A stretch of 64,000 nt of DNA from Puniceicoccaceae bacterium (GTDB lineage Bacteria; Verrucomicrobiota; Verrucomicrobiia; Opitutales; Oceanipulchritudinaceae), in contig JBFOMH010000028.1 in assembly GCA_040830765.1 (NCBI GenBank), positions 1 through 64,000 of the forward strand, written 5' to 3'. Under the pieces are notes generated by a model, which saw nothing but the letters and a program-made list of their open reading frames with translations, had not been told where the DNA came from and did no database searches. The translations under genes were made by a program, and so were the position numbers. Below are positions 48,693 through 58,517 of the stretch, piece after piece. Numbering within the stretch: the first letter of the stretch is position 1; each line of letters starts with the position of its first letter.

Positions 48693-49367
48693 TCAATCGT
48701 GTACATGGTAGGTGTCCTGCAGCCCCATGCTAGGAAAGGCGGGCTTCCAGAATCCACATTCGTTGGCGTAGCGAATAAGTTCTGGCGTACTGTGGACGTC
48801 CAGTTTGCGGAAAAGATTCCGGCGATGGGTTTGAACGGAGCTTTCACTGAGTCCGAGGCCTTCGCCGATTTCGCGGTCAGATAATCCGGATCCAATGAGG
48901 GTGAGAACCTCCTGTTCCCGCTTGGTAAGGATCTTCTGGAAAGCCTTCGGGTCCGTGCGCAATTGATTCAGGACGGCCTGGATACTGGGGGAATAGTATC
49001 GCTGGCGCGCAAGGACTCCCTCGATCGCCTGCCGTAGCACGTCAACGGAGGCCTCCTTCTTGTCGATGAACGCCGGAAGGTGCTGCTTGTTTACCTGGTA
49101 AACGGTCTTGGGATCGGTTTCCGCCGAAAGGGCGATGATACGTAGCTTTGGCATTACGGCCAGCAACCGCCTTGCAACATGGATACCGGACAGCTTTGGA
49201 ATCAGGATGTCGAGGATAACCAAATCTGGCTTCTCTCTCAAGATGAGCTCAAGGGCGGCTTCCCCATCCGTCGCGATACCGGCGATCTCAAATCCCATCT
49301 TGTCTCGCAACTGGTCAATCAGGAACTCCTGGAAAAGTATCTGGTCTTCAACGACAACCACCCTCAT
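48693..49367 (-). CDS. NarL/LuxR-family response regulator
   Basis: VVVED, ILDILIP, LTKREQEVL...EIGEGLGLSESSVQTHRRNL. Confidence 0.93.
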   Translation of the reverse strand: MRVVVVEDQILFQEFLIDQLRDKMGFEIAGIATDGEAALELILREKPDLVILDILIPKLSGIHVARRLLAVMPKLRIIALSAETDPKTVYQVNKQHLPAFIDKKEASVDVLRQAIEGVLARQRYYSPSIQAVLNQLRTDPKAFQKILTKREQEVLTLIGSGLSDREIGEGLGLSESSVQTHRRNLFRKLDVHSTPELIRYANECGFWKPAFPSMGLQDTYHVHD

Positions 49368-49410
49368 GGCACGCTCACCTTAGTTTCATTGCCCGGTATG
49401 TAAAGATTCC

Positions 49411-50886
49411 TTAATGGTCCCAGGGCATGCGAACGTCCTCACGGGTGAACGACCAGGGCTCGCTGATTTCCCACAGCTTCCCGGGATTGAGAATCCCGTT
49501 CGGATCAAGGGCCTCCTTGATGGCCCGCATGGCCCGGATTTCCGCTTCGGAATGTTGCAGCTGGAAGAAGGGAGACTTGGCCAGTCCAATCCCGTGCTCC
49601 CCGGAAATGGCCCCGCCCAGGTCGATGACTTTCTCCATCAGTTCCTGCAAGGCGGTGCGAGCCGTGGCGGAAACTTCCGCATCTGTTTCATTATACATGA
49701 TATGGACATGGAAATTGCCATCCGCGGCATGTCCGAAAGTCGGGGTGGGGAGGCCGGTTTGATGATGGATATCGTGCACAAATTGCAGCAGGTCGAGCTG
49801 GGCGTCAAAGGGCACCACAACATCCTCATTGAGCTTGCGGGTTCCGAGCTCAAACATGGCCTGGGAACAGGAACGACGTACTTTCCAGAGCAACTCAACG
49901 GTTTCCTCCTCAATGGCCGTGGTGTAGTCTCCCGTTCGATCGGCCACCAGGGCCGTTACGGCATCCAGTTGCTCGCGGACTTCGTTTGGACGACCATCCA
50001 CTTCAATGAGCAGAAGCGCCGCCTCTTTTCCGGACAGGCGGTATTTGTTGAGGCAATCAGGCAGGTCATCCAGAAGGTGGGGGGATTTGCGCTTCCAGAA
50101 TGAGAAAGTGCAGGCCACTGTCTGGGTATCGAGAAATTCAAGTGCGGAAGGAGTCTGGCCCACCCGAAGAAGCTCCTGCGAGCATTCGAGTGCCTCGCGG
50201 TCAGACCCGAAGACGGCCAGGCAGGTAGCGCTGGCGGGGGGACGGGGAATCAATTTGAGGACAGCCCCCGTTATGATCCCAAGGGTTCCTTCCGATCCAA
50301 TCCAGAGGTCCCGCAGGTTGTAACCCGCGGAAAACTTGCGCAGATTACCGGCCCAACGGACAAACTCCCCGGTGGGCAGGCATCCTTCAAGGGAAAGGAC
50401 GTAATCCCGGGTCACCCCGTACTTGGCCCCGCGCATGCCACCGGCGTTGGTGGCGATCGTCCCGCCGACCGTGGCGTAGGCCTTGGAGCCGGGGTCCGGC
50501 GGGTAGGCAAGATTGTGCCGGGCGGCGGCTTCATCCAGCTCGGCTAGGGTGACCCCTGGCTGGACATAGGCCATTCGGGCCACAGGATCGATGTGGAGCT
50601 GCTTCCAGCCAGACATGTCGAGCACCCATCCCCCTGGTGCAGGGGAGGTGGCCCCGGTGGTCGCTGATCCGGCCCCGCGGGTGGTCACGGCGATCCCATG
50701 GGAGTTGGCCAGGCGCAGAACGGTATCCACGGCCTCCTCATCCCGGGGCCGGATGCATGCCGAGGGCATCCGGCTGTAACGCAGGTTGTCCATGGAAACC
50801 GCATAGAGAACCTCCGGGTCGGTAATGACCTGGCTGGTATCGAGGGCGGCCAGAAGGGCGTTGAGGGCTTTGTTGTCGGGATCCAT
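49411..50886 (-). CDS. FAD-linked oxidase (GlcD/D-lactate dehydrogenase family)
   Basis: PPDPGS, GGTIATNAGG, GSEGTLGII, GHAADGNFH, SGEHGIG and DPNGILNPGK. Confidence 0.9.
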   Translation of the reverse strand: MDPDNKALNALLAALDTSQVITDPEVLYAVSMDNLRYSRMPSACIRPRDEEAVDTVLRLANSHGIAVTTRGAGSATTGATSPAPGGWVLDMSGWKQLHIDPVARMAYVQPGVTLAELDEAAARHNLAYPPDPGSKAYATVGGTIATNAGGMRGAKYGVTRDYVLSLEGCLPTGEFVRWAGNLRKFSAGYNLRDLWIGSEGTLGIITGAVLKLIPRPPASATCLAVFGSDREALECSQELLRVGQTPSALEFLDTQTVACTFSFWKRKSPHLLDDLPDCLNKYRLSGKEAALLLIEVDGRPNEVREQLDAVTALVADRTGDYTTAIEEETVELLWKVRRSCSQAMFELGTRKLNEDVVVPFDAQLDLLQFVHDIHHQTGLPTPTFGHAADGNFHVHIMYNETDAEVSATARTALQELMEKVIDLGGAISGEHGIGLAKSPFFQLQHSEAEIRAMRAIKEALDPNGILNPGKLWEISEPWSFTREDVRMPWDH

Positions 50887-50964
50887 GTCGGCGTTAAAGG
50901 GATGCCTTTAGCCTTGCCAGAGGCGGGTCCACTTCTACTGATAGGGAAAAGTTGAGAGAACTGT

Positions 50965-51381
50965 ATGGAAAAAACACTTATTATTCTCAAGCCGGATGCC
51001 TTTGAAAAGCGGAAAGTGGGTGCGACCATCGCCCGCTTTGAGGATGCCGGCCTGTCTATCGTGGCCACCAAGATGATTGAGCTCAGCAGCGCCTTGCTGA
51101 AGGAGCACTATGCACACATTGCGGACAAGCCCTTTTTCCCGGAAATTGAGGGTTTCATGTCATCCATGCCCGTCATTGTCATGGTACTTGAAGGAAACTC
51201 GGCCATTGAACGCGTCCGTAACCTGGTCGGCCCGACCAACTCGCTTGCCGCCCCGGCCGGAACCATCCGCGGTGACTGGGGGACGAACATGATGCTCAAT
51301 ATCGTTCATGCTTCAGATGGTCCGGAGACGGCAGAGATGGAAATCAAGCGATTCTTCGCTGAGGGTGAGGTCTTCGCCTAA
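50965..51381 (+). CDS. ndk: Nucleoside diphosphate kinase
   Basis: EKTLIILKPD, GTIRGD and NIVHASD. Confidence 0.96.
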   Translation: MEKTLIILKPDAFEKRKVGATIARFEDAGLSIVATKMIELSSALLKEHYAHIADKPFFPEIEGFMSSMPVIVMVLEGNSAIERVRNLVGPTNSLAAPAGTIRGDWGTNMMLNIVHASDGPETAEMEIKRFFAEGEVFA

Positions 51382-51462
51382 TCGGCTACGCCCCACGCAG
51401 TGAGGTCTTCGCCTAACCGGCTACGCCCCACGCAGTGAGGTCTTCGGCTAATCGGCTACGCC
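51365..51462. repeat. 35-bp tandem repeat (about 2.8 copies) overlapping the ndk stop
   Basis: GTGAGGTCTTCGCCTAATCGGCTACGCCCCACGCA units begin at 51365, 51400 and 51435. Confidence 0.9.
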
Positions 51463-51475
51463 TAACGGGCTAAAT

Positions 51476-52690
51476 CTAGACCTGCGTGGATCCTCGGCGC
51501 GTTCCCTGTAACGTTGCCACTGCGTGTGCCGCTATGCCGGCACTCTGACCCAATGCCCCAATCCGTTCCTGGGTAGTGGCCTTGATGCCAATGTCGATTG
51601 GCTGCAGTTTGAGCTTTTTGGCCAGGACAGTTTTCATCCGGGCGACGTATGGCGCCACCTTGGGCTGTTCCGCAATCAGGGTGGCATCGATGTTAACCAC
51701 CTTCATTCCGGCCTTTTTGGCCTCACGACGCGCCTGCTTGAGAATCTCAAGGGAGGAAATCCCGGCAATGGAGGGATCGGTATTGGGAAAGTAGTGCCCG
51801 ATATCCGGCAGGCCACAGCCACCAAGAATGGCATCGGCAATGGCGTGGGTCAGGACATCGGCATCAGAGTGACCCTCCAGGCCGACATCTGAGTCAATCT
51901 CTACTCCGCCCAGGATGAGTGGAAGGCCCTCTTTAAGGCGGTGAATATCGTATCCGAGGCCGACCCGGACCTGGCTCTTTGATTCATCATTCATGGCGTC
52001 TTTTGAAAGGATGCTTTCCAGCAGGGCAAAATCTGCCGGGCGCGTCAGTTTCGGATTGGGGTGCTTGGATTCGACGAGGAAGACCGGTTCGCCAAGGGCT
52101 TCCACAGCCGCGATATCGTCTGTCACCTTGTTGTTAAGGCTGGCATGGGCCTTTTCGATAAGCTGCCGGGGAAAGGCCTGTGGCGTCTCCATGGCCCAGA
52201 GTTTGTCCCGGTCAAGCAAGGTACCATGTCCCGGGTTATCCACCGGTGAGCTTTCGAAACAGCGGATAGTATCGGTTACCCGGTGGGCAAGGCTGACGGC
52301 ACAGCGCATGGCGAGGAGGCTTTTCCGGACAGCTTGGAGGGTATTCCGGGTGACCGCAGGCCGTGCACAATCATGGATGGTGACCCATTCGGCTCGACTG
52401 GGAACCATCTCTAGCCCGGCAGAGACGGAATCCTGCCGCTCGCTGCCACCGAGGGTAAAATAAACGGGCAGCTTCGTTTTCTCGGCCTTGATGATGGCTG
52501 CGAGTTCCTTCCGCTGGCGGTTGTCACGGGCCACAATGATGATACCGTCCTGAGTCCCACTGTTGGCGAAGGTGGAAAAGACATGTGCAAAAACGGGCCG
52601 GCCGGCCACCTCAACGAGGATTTTATCCTCCACGGAACTGCCCATGCGGGAACTCGATCCACCCGCCAGCAGGATTGCCACATGCTTCAT
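51476..52690 (-). CDS. ispDF: Bifunctional IspD/IspF
   Basis: LAGGSSSRM, GGSERQDSV, IHDCARP, ETPQAF; then RVGLGYDIH, GHSDADV and DIGHYFP. Confidence 0.93.
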   Translation of the reverse strand: MKHVAILLAGGSSSRMGSSVEDKILVEVAGRPVFAHVFSTFANSGTQDGIIIVARDNRQRKELAAIIKAEKTKLPVYFTLGGSERQDSVSAGLEMVPSRAEWVTIHDCARPAVTRNTLQAVRKSLLAMRCAVSLAHRVTDTIRCFESSPVDNPGHGTLLDRDKLWAMETPQAFPRQLIEKAHASLNNKVTDDIAAVEALGEPVFLVESKHPNPKLTRPADFALLESILSKDAMNDESKSQVRVGLGYDIHRLKEGLPLILGGVEIDSDVGLEGHSDADVLTHAIADAILGGCGLPDIGHYFPNTDPSIAGISSLEILKQARREAKKAGMKVVNIDATLIAEQPKVAPYVARMKTVLAKKLKLQPIDIGIKATTQERIGALGQSAGIAAHAVATLQGTRRGSTQV

Positions 52691-52737
52691 TTCAATACCT
52701 TTGACTTGTTGAATGGTGAAAGCAAATACTGAATTAC

Positions 52738-53688
52738 ATGGTACCCGATAATGCCCCTGTGCGAATCAATTGCCCAGCCAAGGTGAATCTTTCCCTGGCT
52801 ATTCTAGGCAAGCGGGACGATGGATTCCACAGCCTGCACAGTGTCGTGACCCAGGTCGGGCTGGCCGACTCCCTTGAGTTGCAGTGGGATGCCGATGGAA
52901 CGCCAATAGAGGACACGCTGCTGATTGAGGGAGCTGAACTGCCGACGGAAGACAATACCGTCAGCACAGCGCTGCGGCATTTCCGGGAAGAAAGCGGATT
53001 CGACCAGGGGGCTTTCCGGGCCCGCTTGGTGAAGAAGATTCCTTCCGGTGCAGGTCTTGGTGGGGGCAGCAGCGACGGAGTTGGTGTATTCCGGGCCCTT
53101 CGGCAGCTTTTTGGGGATGCAGTTGCCGAAATTGACTGGGAGGCACTGGCTGGCCGTATTGGCAGTGATTGCCCGCTTTTCCTGAGGGATGAACCGGTCG
53201 TTATGGAGGGTCGGGGAGAGGCGATTCGGTCCCTTCCTGATGACCTGGCGGCGCGCTTCCGTGGGCGGCCGTTACTCCTCTTCAAGCCGCGTTTTTCCAT
53301 TAATACCGGCGAAGCCTACCGTCGGTTGGCCGCGGGTGGGTACTATGGAGAGAGCCGCGGGATAAACCTGCTCGCTATCCGAGATGAAGCCATGAAATCG
53401 CGGCGGGCCAGGGTGGAAGAGCAGATGCGGGCCTGGGAAACAGGAACGGATCCCCTGCCGCCTCGATGGAACGACTTTGAGCGGCTGGTAGAGGACTGGA
53501 TGCCCAGTCTGGCGGTGGTCCTGTCCCGTCTGCGGGTCCTGCATGGCCTCGATGCCCGCCTGAGTGGTAGCGGGAGTGCGTGTTTTGTCTTTCCCAATGA
53601 CCAGCCGTTTGATACGAATGCTGTCCAGAAGGAGCTTGTTGAAGCATTCGGAGAACACTTCTGGATGCAGGAAACAACTATCAATTAA
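52738..53688 (+). CDS. ispE: 4-diphosphocytidyl-2C-methyl-D-erythritol kinase
   Basis: PAKVNLSL, IPSGAGLGGGSSD, IGSDCP, NDFE and LSGSGS. Confidence 0.93.
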   Translation: MVPDNAPVRINCPAKVNLSLAILGKRDDGFHSLHSVVTQVGLADSLELQWDADGTPIEDTLLIEGAELPTEDNTVSTALRHFREESGFDQGAFRARLVKKIPSGAGLGGGSSDGVGVFRALRQLFGDAVAEIDWEALAGRIGSDCPLFLRDEPVVMEGRGEAIRSLPDDLAARFRGRPLLLFKPRFSINTGEAYRRLAAGGYYGESRGINLLAIRDEAMKSRRARVEEQMRAWETGTDPLPPRWNDFERLVEDWMPSLAVVLSRLRVLHGLDARLSGSGSACFVFPNDQPFDTNAVQKELVEAFGEHFWMQETTIN

Positions 53689-53741
53689 GGACTTGCATTA
53701 AGACGGACCCCTCTATGCCCTGTTGAGCTCCAGATTTGAAC

Positions 53742-55529
53742 ATGGCCACTGACAAACAGGAACAGATTTTCCAAGGCATCTCCGGTGCACCGGGTGTTGT
53801 CCATGGTCCCTTGGTCAGCTTCTACCAGGGTGAAGTCGAGGTTCCGCGCTATTCTGTCCCTCCCGAGCGGCGTGAGGAGGAGATTGCACGTTTTGAACAG
53901 GGCCTGATGGAAACCCGCCGCCAGATTTCCTCCATCCGGGCTGAAGTTGAGGAAAAGGTCGGAGAGGAGGAGGCTTCCATTTTCGATGCCCACCAGCTGG
54001 TGCTTGAGGACCGGGCCCTCATTGAGGATACCATTCGCGAGGTCGGGGAAACGGGATTCAACATCGAGTATTGTTTTCAGGAAGTCGCCAATCGCTATAT
54101 TGAGGCCTTCAACCAAATTGATGACGAGTACATCAAGGAGCGGGTGAGCGATATCCGGGATGTTTCCAAGCGGTTGATATGCAATCTTTTAGGTCGCGAT
54201 CATAAGACCCACGGATCGCATCATGGACTCGGGGAACATATCCTCATCTCCGTTGACCTGAGTCCTTCCGAAACGGCCTTGCTCAACGTCAAGGAAGTAC
54301 TGGGAATCGTCACGGAACAGGGGAGTCGGACCAGCCATAGTGTTATCATGGCCCGTTCCCTCAGCATCCCCTGTGTGGTTGGTGTTCATGGTTTGCTGGA
54401 AGTGGCTGATTTCGGCGCGGAGATCCTTGTCGATGGCTACAAGGGGCTTGTTTACCTCAATCCCTCCCCGGAAACAATGGAGCGCTACGGGCGACTTGCT
54501 TCCGAGCAACGCCACGTTGAAGAGCTATTTGAGTCCGAACGCCTTTTGCCAAGTGAGACCCTGGACAAGTTTGAATACCACCTGCTCCTCAACGTTGAGG
54601 GGGTTGAAGACAAGGAGCAGATGCGCAACAGCGGGGCCACCGGGGTCGGTTTGTTCCGCACGGAGAATATATTCCTCTACGCAAGGCAATTTCCCGGAGA
54701 GGAGGAACAGTTCGCGATCTACAAGGAGTTGGTTGAGAACATCGGTGAACATCCAGTGACCATCCGGACCCTGGACCTGGGTGGGGATAAGAATCCACAC
54801 AAGAGCCTGACGGGTTATCAGGAAGCAAATCCCTTCATGGGCTTCCGGGGCATTCGCTTTTGCCTGGAGCATACGGATGTATTCAAAGATCAACTACGAG
54901 CCATCCTGCGGGCCAGTCACTATGGCAAGATCAAGGTCCTCTATCCCATGATCTGCAGTGTGGCCGAGGTCAAGCAGTCGAACGCACTTTTGGAGGAGGC
55001 CAAGCAGGAACTGGAAGAACGCGGTATCCCTTATGACAAGGATATTGAGAAGGGAGCCATGATCGAGGTGCCAAGTGCGGCCGTCATCACGGACATGCTG
55101 GCCGACCACTGCGACTTCTTCAGTATCGGGACCAACGACTTGATGCAGTATCTGTTGGCCGTCGACCGTATCAATGACCGCATCGCCTATCTTTATGATC
55201 CAAGCCAGCCGTCGGTGGTGCGGACCTTGAACTTCATCTTCCAGCAAGGGAAGATGCGCAATGTTCCGGTCAGTGTCTGTGGCGAATTGGCTGGCGATCC
55301 CCTTTGGGCACCCCTGTTGATCGGTCTCGGCGCATCCGATTTGTCGGTATCAATGGGCTGTATTGCCAATATCAAGTATCTCATCCGGCGGATGCGGCTT
55401 CATGATGCCAAGCATCTGGCCATACGGATTCTTCGTTGTGACGAGCCGGAAGAAATTCAAAACGAGTTATCGACCTTCTATGAAACGGTCATGGGCGACA
55501 CGCTCAAGGGCCTGAAGGAATACGATTGA
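53742..55529 (+). CDS. ptsI: PTS enzyme I (PEP-protein phosphotransferase)
   Basis: TSHSVIMAR (phospho-His), GLFRTE, RTLDLGGDK and SIGTNDL; no GAF domain. Confidence 0.93.
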   Translation: MATDKQEQIFQGISGAPGVVHGPLVSFYQGEVEVPRYSVPPERREEEIARFEQGLMETRRQISSIRAEVEEKVGEEEASIFDAHQLVLEDRALIEDTIREVGETGFNIEYCFQEVANRYIEAFNQIDDEYIKERVSDIRDVSKRLICNLLGRDHKTHGSHHGLGEHILISVDLSPSETALLNVKEVLGIVTEQGSRTSHSVIMARSLSIPCVVGVHGLLEVADFGAEILVDGYKGLVYLNPSPETMERYGRLASEQRHVEELFESERLLPSETLDKFEYHLLLNVEGVEDKEQMRNSGATGVGLFRTENIFLYARQFPGEEEQFAIYKELVENIGEHPVTIRTLDLGGDKNPHKSLTGYQEANPFMGFRGIRFCLEHTDVFKDQLRAILRASHYGKIKVLYPMICSVAEVKQSNALLEEAKQELEERGIPYDKDIEKGAMIEVPSAAVITDMLADHCDFFSIGTNDLMQYLLAVDRINDRIAYLYDPSQPSVVRTLNFIFQQGKMRNVPVSVCGELAGDPLWAPLLIGLGASDLSVSMGCIANIKYLIRRMRLHDAKHLAIRILRCDEPEEIQNELSTFYETVMGDTLKGLKEYD

Positions 55530-55534
55530 TTTAA

Positions 55535-56470
55535 TCAGGCGGGCTTGATTCCGGTTGCCAGCAGGGTCTCAAAGTGCGGCTCCTGCGTCTCCTTGGAGAC
55601 GGGATCCACATGGACCTCGGAAAAGCCACACTCCTTTATCCAGTGATAAAGGCGATTGGGAGAGAAGCCCAGCCAGCGATCGGCATACAACTCACGGGCT
55701 TTCTCGAACGTGTGCTGGTTAAGATCGAGAACAACCAGGCGTCCGCCTGGGCGGAGGATACGCCATGCTTCGGAAAGGGCGGTCTCCGGTTTGCCAGCAT
55801 GATGGAGGGCCTGGCTGAGAAGGGCCAGATCCATGGAGGCATCCGGTAGGGGAACCTTTTCGATATCACCGAGTTTGTAGGTCAGGTTGCCGAAGCCGTG
55901 TTCCTTGGCCAGTTCCTTGCCCACCTTGACCATGGCGGCTGAGTTATCGATGCAAATGACGGACTTGGCCCGCCGGGCCAGCAGTTGCGCCAGAACGCCT
56001 TCCCCCGCACCCAGGTCAACGATGTCGATTTCCGGTGCCAGAAGCAGGAGCAGGTGACCAATGGCCTCCCATGAACGCCCCGGGCAGTACTGTTTGCCAA
56101 GCTTGCTGGCAACCATGTTGAAGTAAGCCTCGGATGCTGCCCGCCGCTTGCTCAGGACGCGGTCGAGGCTGCTGGCATCATCGCCAAAGGCGGGCATGGT
56201 TTCGGCAGCCTCGAGGGAGGCGTCAAAGATTTTCCGCAGGTGACCTTTGCGAGGGGGCTTGCAGGAATAGAAGCTTTTCTTTCCCTCCCTCCGGTCCTCG
56301 ACGAGGCCTGCCTGGCGGAGCAAGGCAAGGTGGGAGGAGATACGGGATTGCCCCATATCCATGATTTCCTGCAACTCGACAACGGACAGCGGCTCGGACT
56401 GAAGCAAGGCCAGCAGGCGCAAACGGGTTGCGTCACTGAGGAGTTTGATCAACTCGACCGCGTCGGCCAT
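55535..56470 (-). CDS. ArsR-family HTH fused to class I SAM methyltransferase
   Basis: LSDATRLRLL...QSRISSHL; VDLGAGEG; SQALHH; LRPGG. Confidence 0.9.
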   Translation of the reverse strand: MADAVELIKLLSDATRLRLLALLQSEPLSVVELQEIMDMGQSRISSHLALLRQAGLVEDRREGKKSFYSCKPPRKGHLRKIFDASLEAAETMPAFGDDASSLDRVLSKRRAASEAYFNMVASKLGKQYCPGRSWEAIGHLLLLLAPEIDIVDLGAGEGVLAQLLARRAKSVICIDNSAAMVKVGKELAKEHGFGNLTYKLGDIEKVPLPDASMDLALLSQALHHAGKPETALSEAWRILRPGGRLVVLDLNQHTFEKARELYADRWLGFSPNRLYHWIKECGFSEVHVDPVSKETQEPHFETLLATGIKPA

Positions 56471-58335
56471 TAATGGAGGTCCACCCAGCGCTGGATGTTC
56501 TTGACGGTCCAGGTTTCCTCGTGTCCGTCAATTTCCACCACAACCTCCTGGTCCTTTTCCTTGCCCATGAGGGCCTTGGCCATGGGGGTCTGGTAGGAAA
56601 GGACATTCTTTTCCGGGTCGCTGTCCCAGGCACCAAGGATGCTGTAGGTGACACGCTCGCCGCTGGAGGCAGCCTCGATGTCGACAACGCTACCGACACT
56701 GACCATGTCGTTGGTGGCATCCTCGAAGTCCGTCACGCGGGCCTTGTTGATGTCCACCTCGAGCTCGTTCTTCTGGGCCAGGAGGAGATCCTGTTCCTGT
56801 CGAGCCATCTTGTACTCGGCATTTTCGCGAAGGTCCCCGTGGCTCCGGGCCTCTGCGATTTCCTCCTTGTTGCGCGGAATTTTGACCTGGATGAGGTCCT
56901 CGTATTCCTTCTTGCGCTCATCGAAGCTGGACTGCGAGACAACCAGTTCCTCGGGAGCCTCGTCCTTGGGAGCGGACGGCTCGCCGCCCACGATGGACTG
57001 GATACTCGGATAAAGACGGATAAACCGGGCCAGAAGGGACTTTTTGGAGAGGTCTTCGAATCCCTGGTTCAGCATCAGGGTCTGGGCCAGGTCGTGGGCA
57101 GTCTCGTAAGTGCTTTCGGCCAGCAGGTCACCAATTAATTCCTGGTCATCGCTGACCAGATCGGCCAGCGGGATGCGGCGTGAACTGGTATTTTGAAGAG
57201 CCTCGTAATCGATGGCGTAGAAAATGGCACTGAGCAGTCGCGGTGTCATCAGAGGCGCCAGCATAGGTGCATACTTGCGGGAGGCACGATTCTTGAGAAT
57301 CCATGTCAGCACGGGAGCCTTGAGGTTTTGTTCCACCAGCCAGCGTTCGAAAGTCTGGGTGATTTCCTCGGACTTCTTATGCTCCATGAGGAAATTGATG
57401 CACTCCACGGTCAATTTGCCGGAGCTGTTCTTCAGAAGGTCGAACGTCACGCGCTCCCACTGTTCAGGTGCACAACGCTCAATGAGATCGAGCAGGCGGC
57501 TGTAATGGGAGGCAGGAATCTGGCCGGCGAGGCTGGTCAGGTCCGTTGAATCGGCAATGATGGAAGCGGAAGTCGGTTCCAGGATTTCCACATCCGCATG
57601 AATAAAGCGGGCGAGGTCATTGCGGACCCAGATGCCGTAGAGCCGCTCACCCGGATTGAGCTGCTTGGTTTCAGCGAGGGAATTGGCCAGGTGGGAAAGG
57701 ATGTCAGGAAGCTCCTCCTTGATGTCCTCATGCTTGACCGAGAGATCGACCAGTTTGCTGGCGAGACTGATTTTTTTCTTCGGGGCCTTGGTCTCGAAAA
57801 ACTCATCGAGGACCTCCTCCTCGGCACGAACAGGCTCGTCCCGGAGGATAAAGGGCTCCGTCTTCTTGGTTGGGACAGCGACCCGCGGATCCTTGACGAG
57901 GGCCTTCTTGGCTTGCGTCCACCACTTCTTGAACTTGGCCGGTCCCATCAGGCGGCTGAGGATCGTCTCGATCTCAAGGGCCGTGGCGGATTGCTCGTTG
58001 GCCCGTTCCAGAACCTCGACAATGAGGTCGGCCGGGCGGCTCTTGATCATCTCCTCAATGGCTGGGGGATCCTTCTGGGCGCGGACAAGGATGTCGTCGT
58101 CATCCAGGATTTCCAGCTTGTCGACACAGAAAACGGGATCCATGGGATGGCCCTCCCGGCCGCTCTGGAAATCAATGATGAGGCGGTTTTCCCGCTCGTC
58201 ATAGTCTTTAATCTGGCCCAGTCCCCATGCACGGTGGACGCAGTAGGCGCCGGTCTGCATGGATTCAAGCTTTGCCCGGGCACGCTTGAGACGTGGTGTC
58301 TTCTGGATTAGCAAGTCGATTGCTTCCTTGTTCAT
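56470..58335 (-). CDS. greA: Long-form transcription elongation factor GreA (large N-terminal extension)
   Basis: C-terminal ARSHGDLRENAEY...SYQTPMAKALMG; about 460-aa N-terminal extension. Confidence 0.88.
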   Translation of the reverse strand: MNKEAIDLLIQKTPRLKRARAKLESMQTGAYCVHRAWGLGQIKDYDERENRLIIDFQSGREGHPMDPVFCVDKLEILDDDDILVRAQKDPPAIEEMIKSRPADLIVEVLERANEQSATALEIETILSRLMGPAKFKKWWTQAKKALVKDPRVAVPTKKTEPFILRDEPVRAEEEVLDEFFETKAPKKKISLASKLVDLSVKHEDIKEELPDILSHLANSLAETKQLNPGERLYGIWVRNDLARFIHADVEILEPTSASIIADSTDLTSLAGQIPASHYSRLLDLIERCAPEQWERVTFDLLKNSSGKLTVECINFLMEHKKSEEITQTFERWLVEQNLKAPVLTWILKNRASRKYAPMLAPLMTPRLLSAIFYAIDYEALQNTSSRRIPLADLVSDDQELIGDLLAESTYETAHDLAQTLMLNQGFEDLSKKSLLARFIRLYPSIQSIVGGEPSAPKDEAPEELVVSQSSFDERKKEYEDLIQVKIPRNKEEIAEARSHGDLRENAEYKMARQEQDLLLAQKNELEVDINKARVTDFEDATNDMVSVGSVVDIEAASSGERVTYSILGAWDSDPEKNVLSYQTPMAKALMGKEKDQEVVVEIDGHEETWTVKNIQRWVDLH

Positions 58336-58517
58336 AAATGTCGCTGATTGAGGTGTTGTCCCTGAGCAGGCAATACACAAAGTCCCACGAAAGTGGGGAT
58401 TTTCCGTGGTAATTCATGAATGTGTGCCCTATTTCGGACTCTTGATTAAGATTTTGTTAAAAAAGTGGACGTTGCAACCACGAATTTCATCTGACTAATA
58501 GTTGTAAGGAACTGGAA

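Noticed and set aside
49411..50886. FAD oxidase as the azoline dehydrogenase for the YcaO product
   Set aside because: It is a GlcD/D-lactate dehydrogenase type, not the FMN nitroreductase-fold enzyme used in azole RiPPs. It may only share a transcript with the regulator.
51365..51462. Possible CRISPR array
   Set aside because: Units are directly adjacent with no unique spacers, and there are no cas genes in the window.
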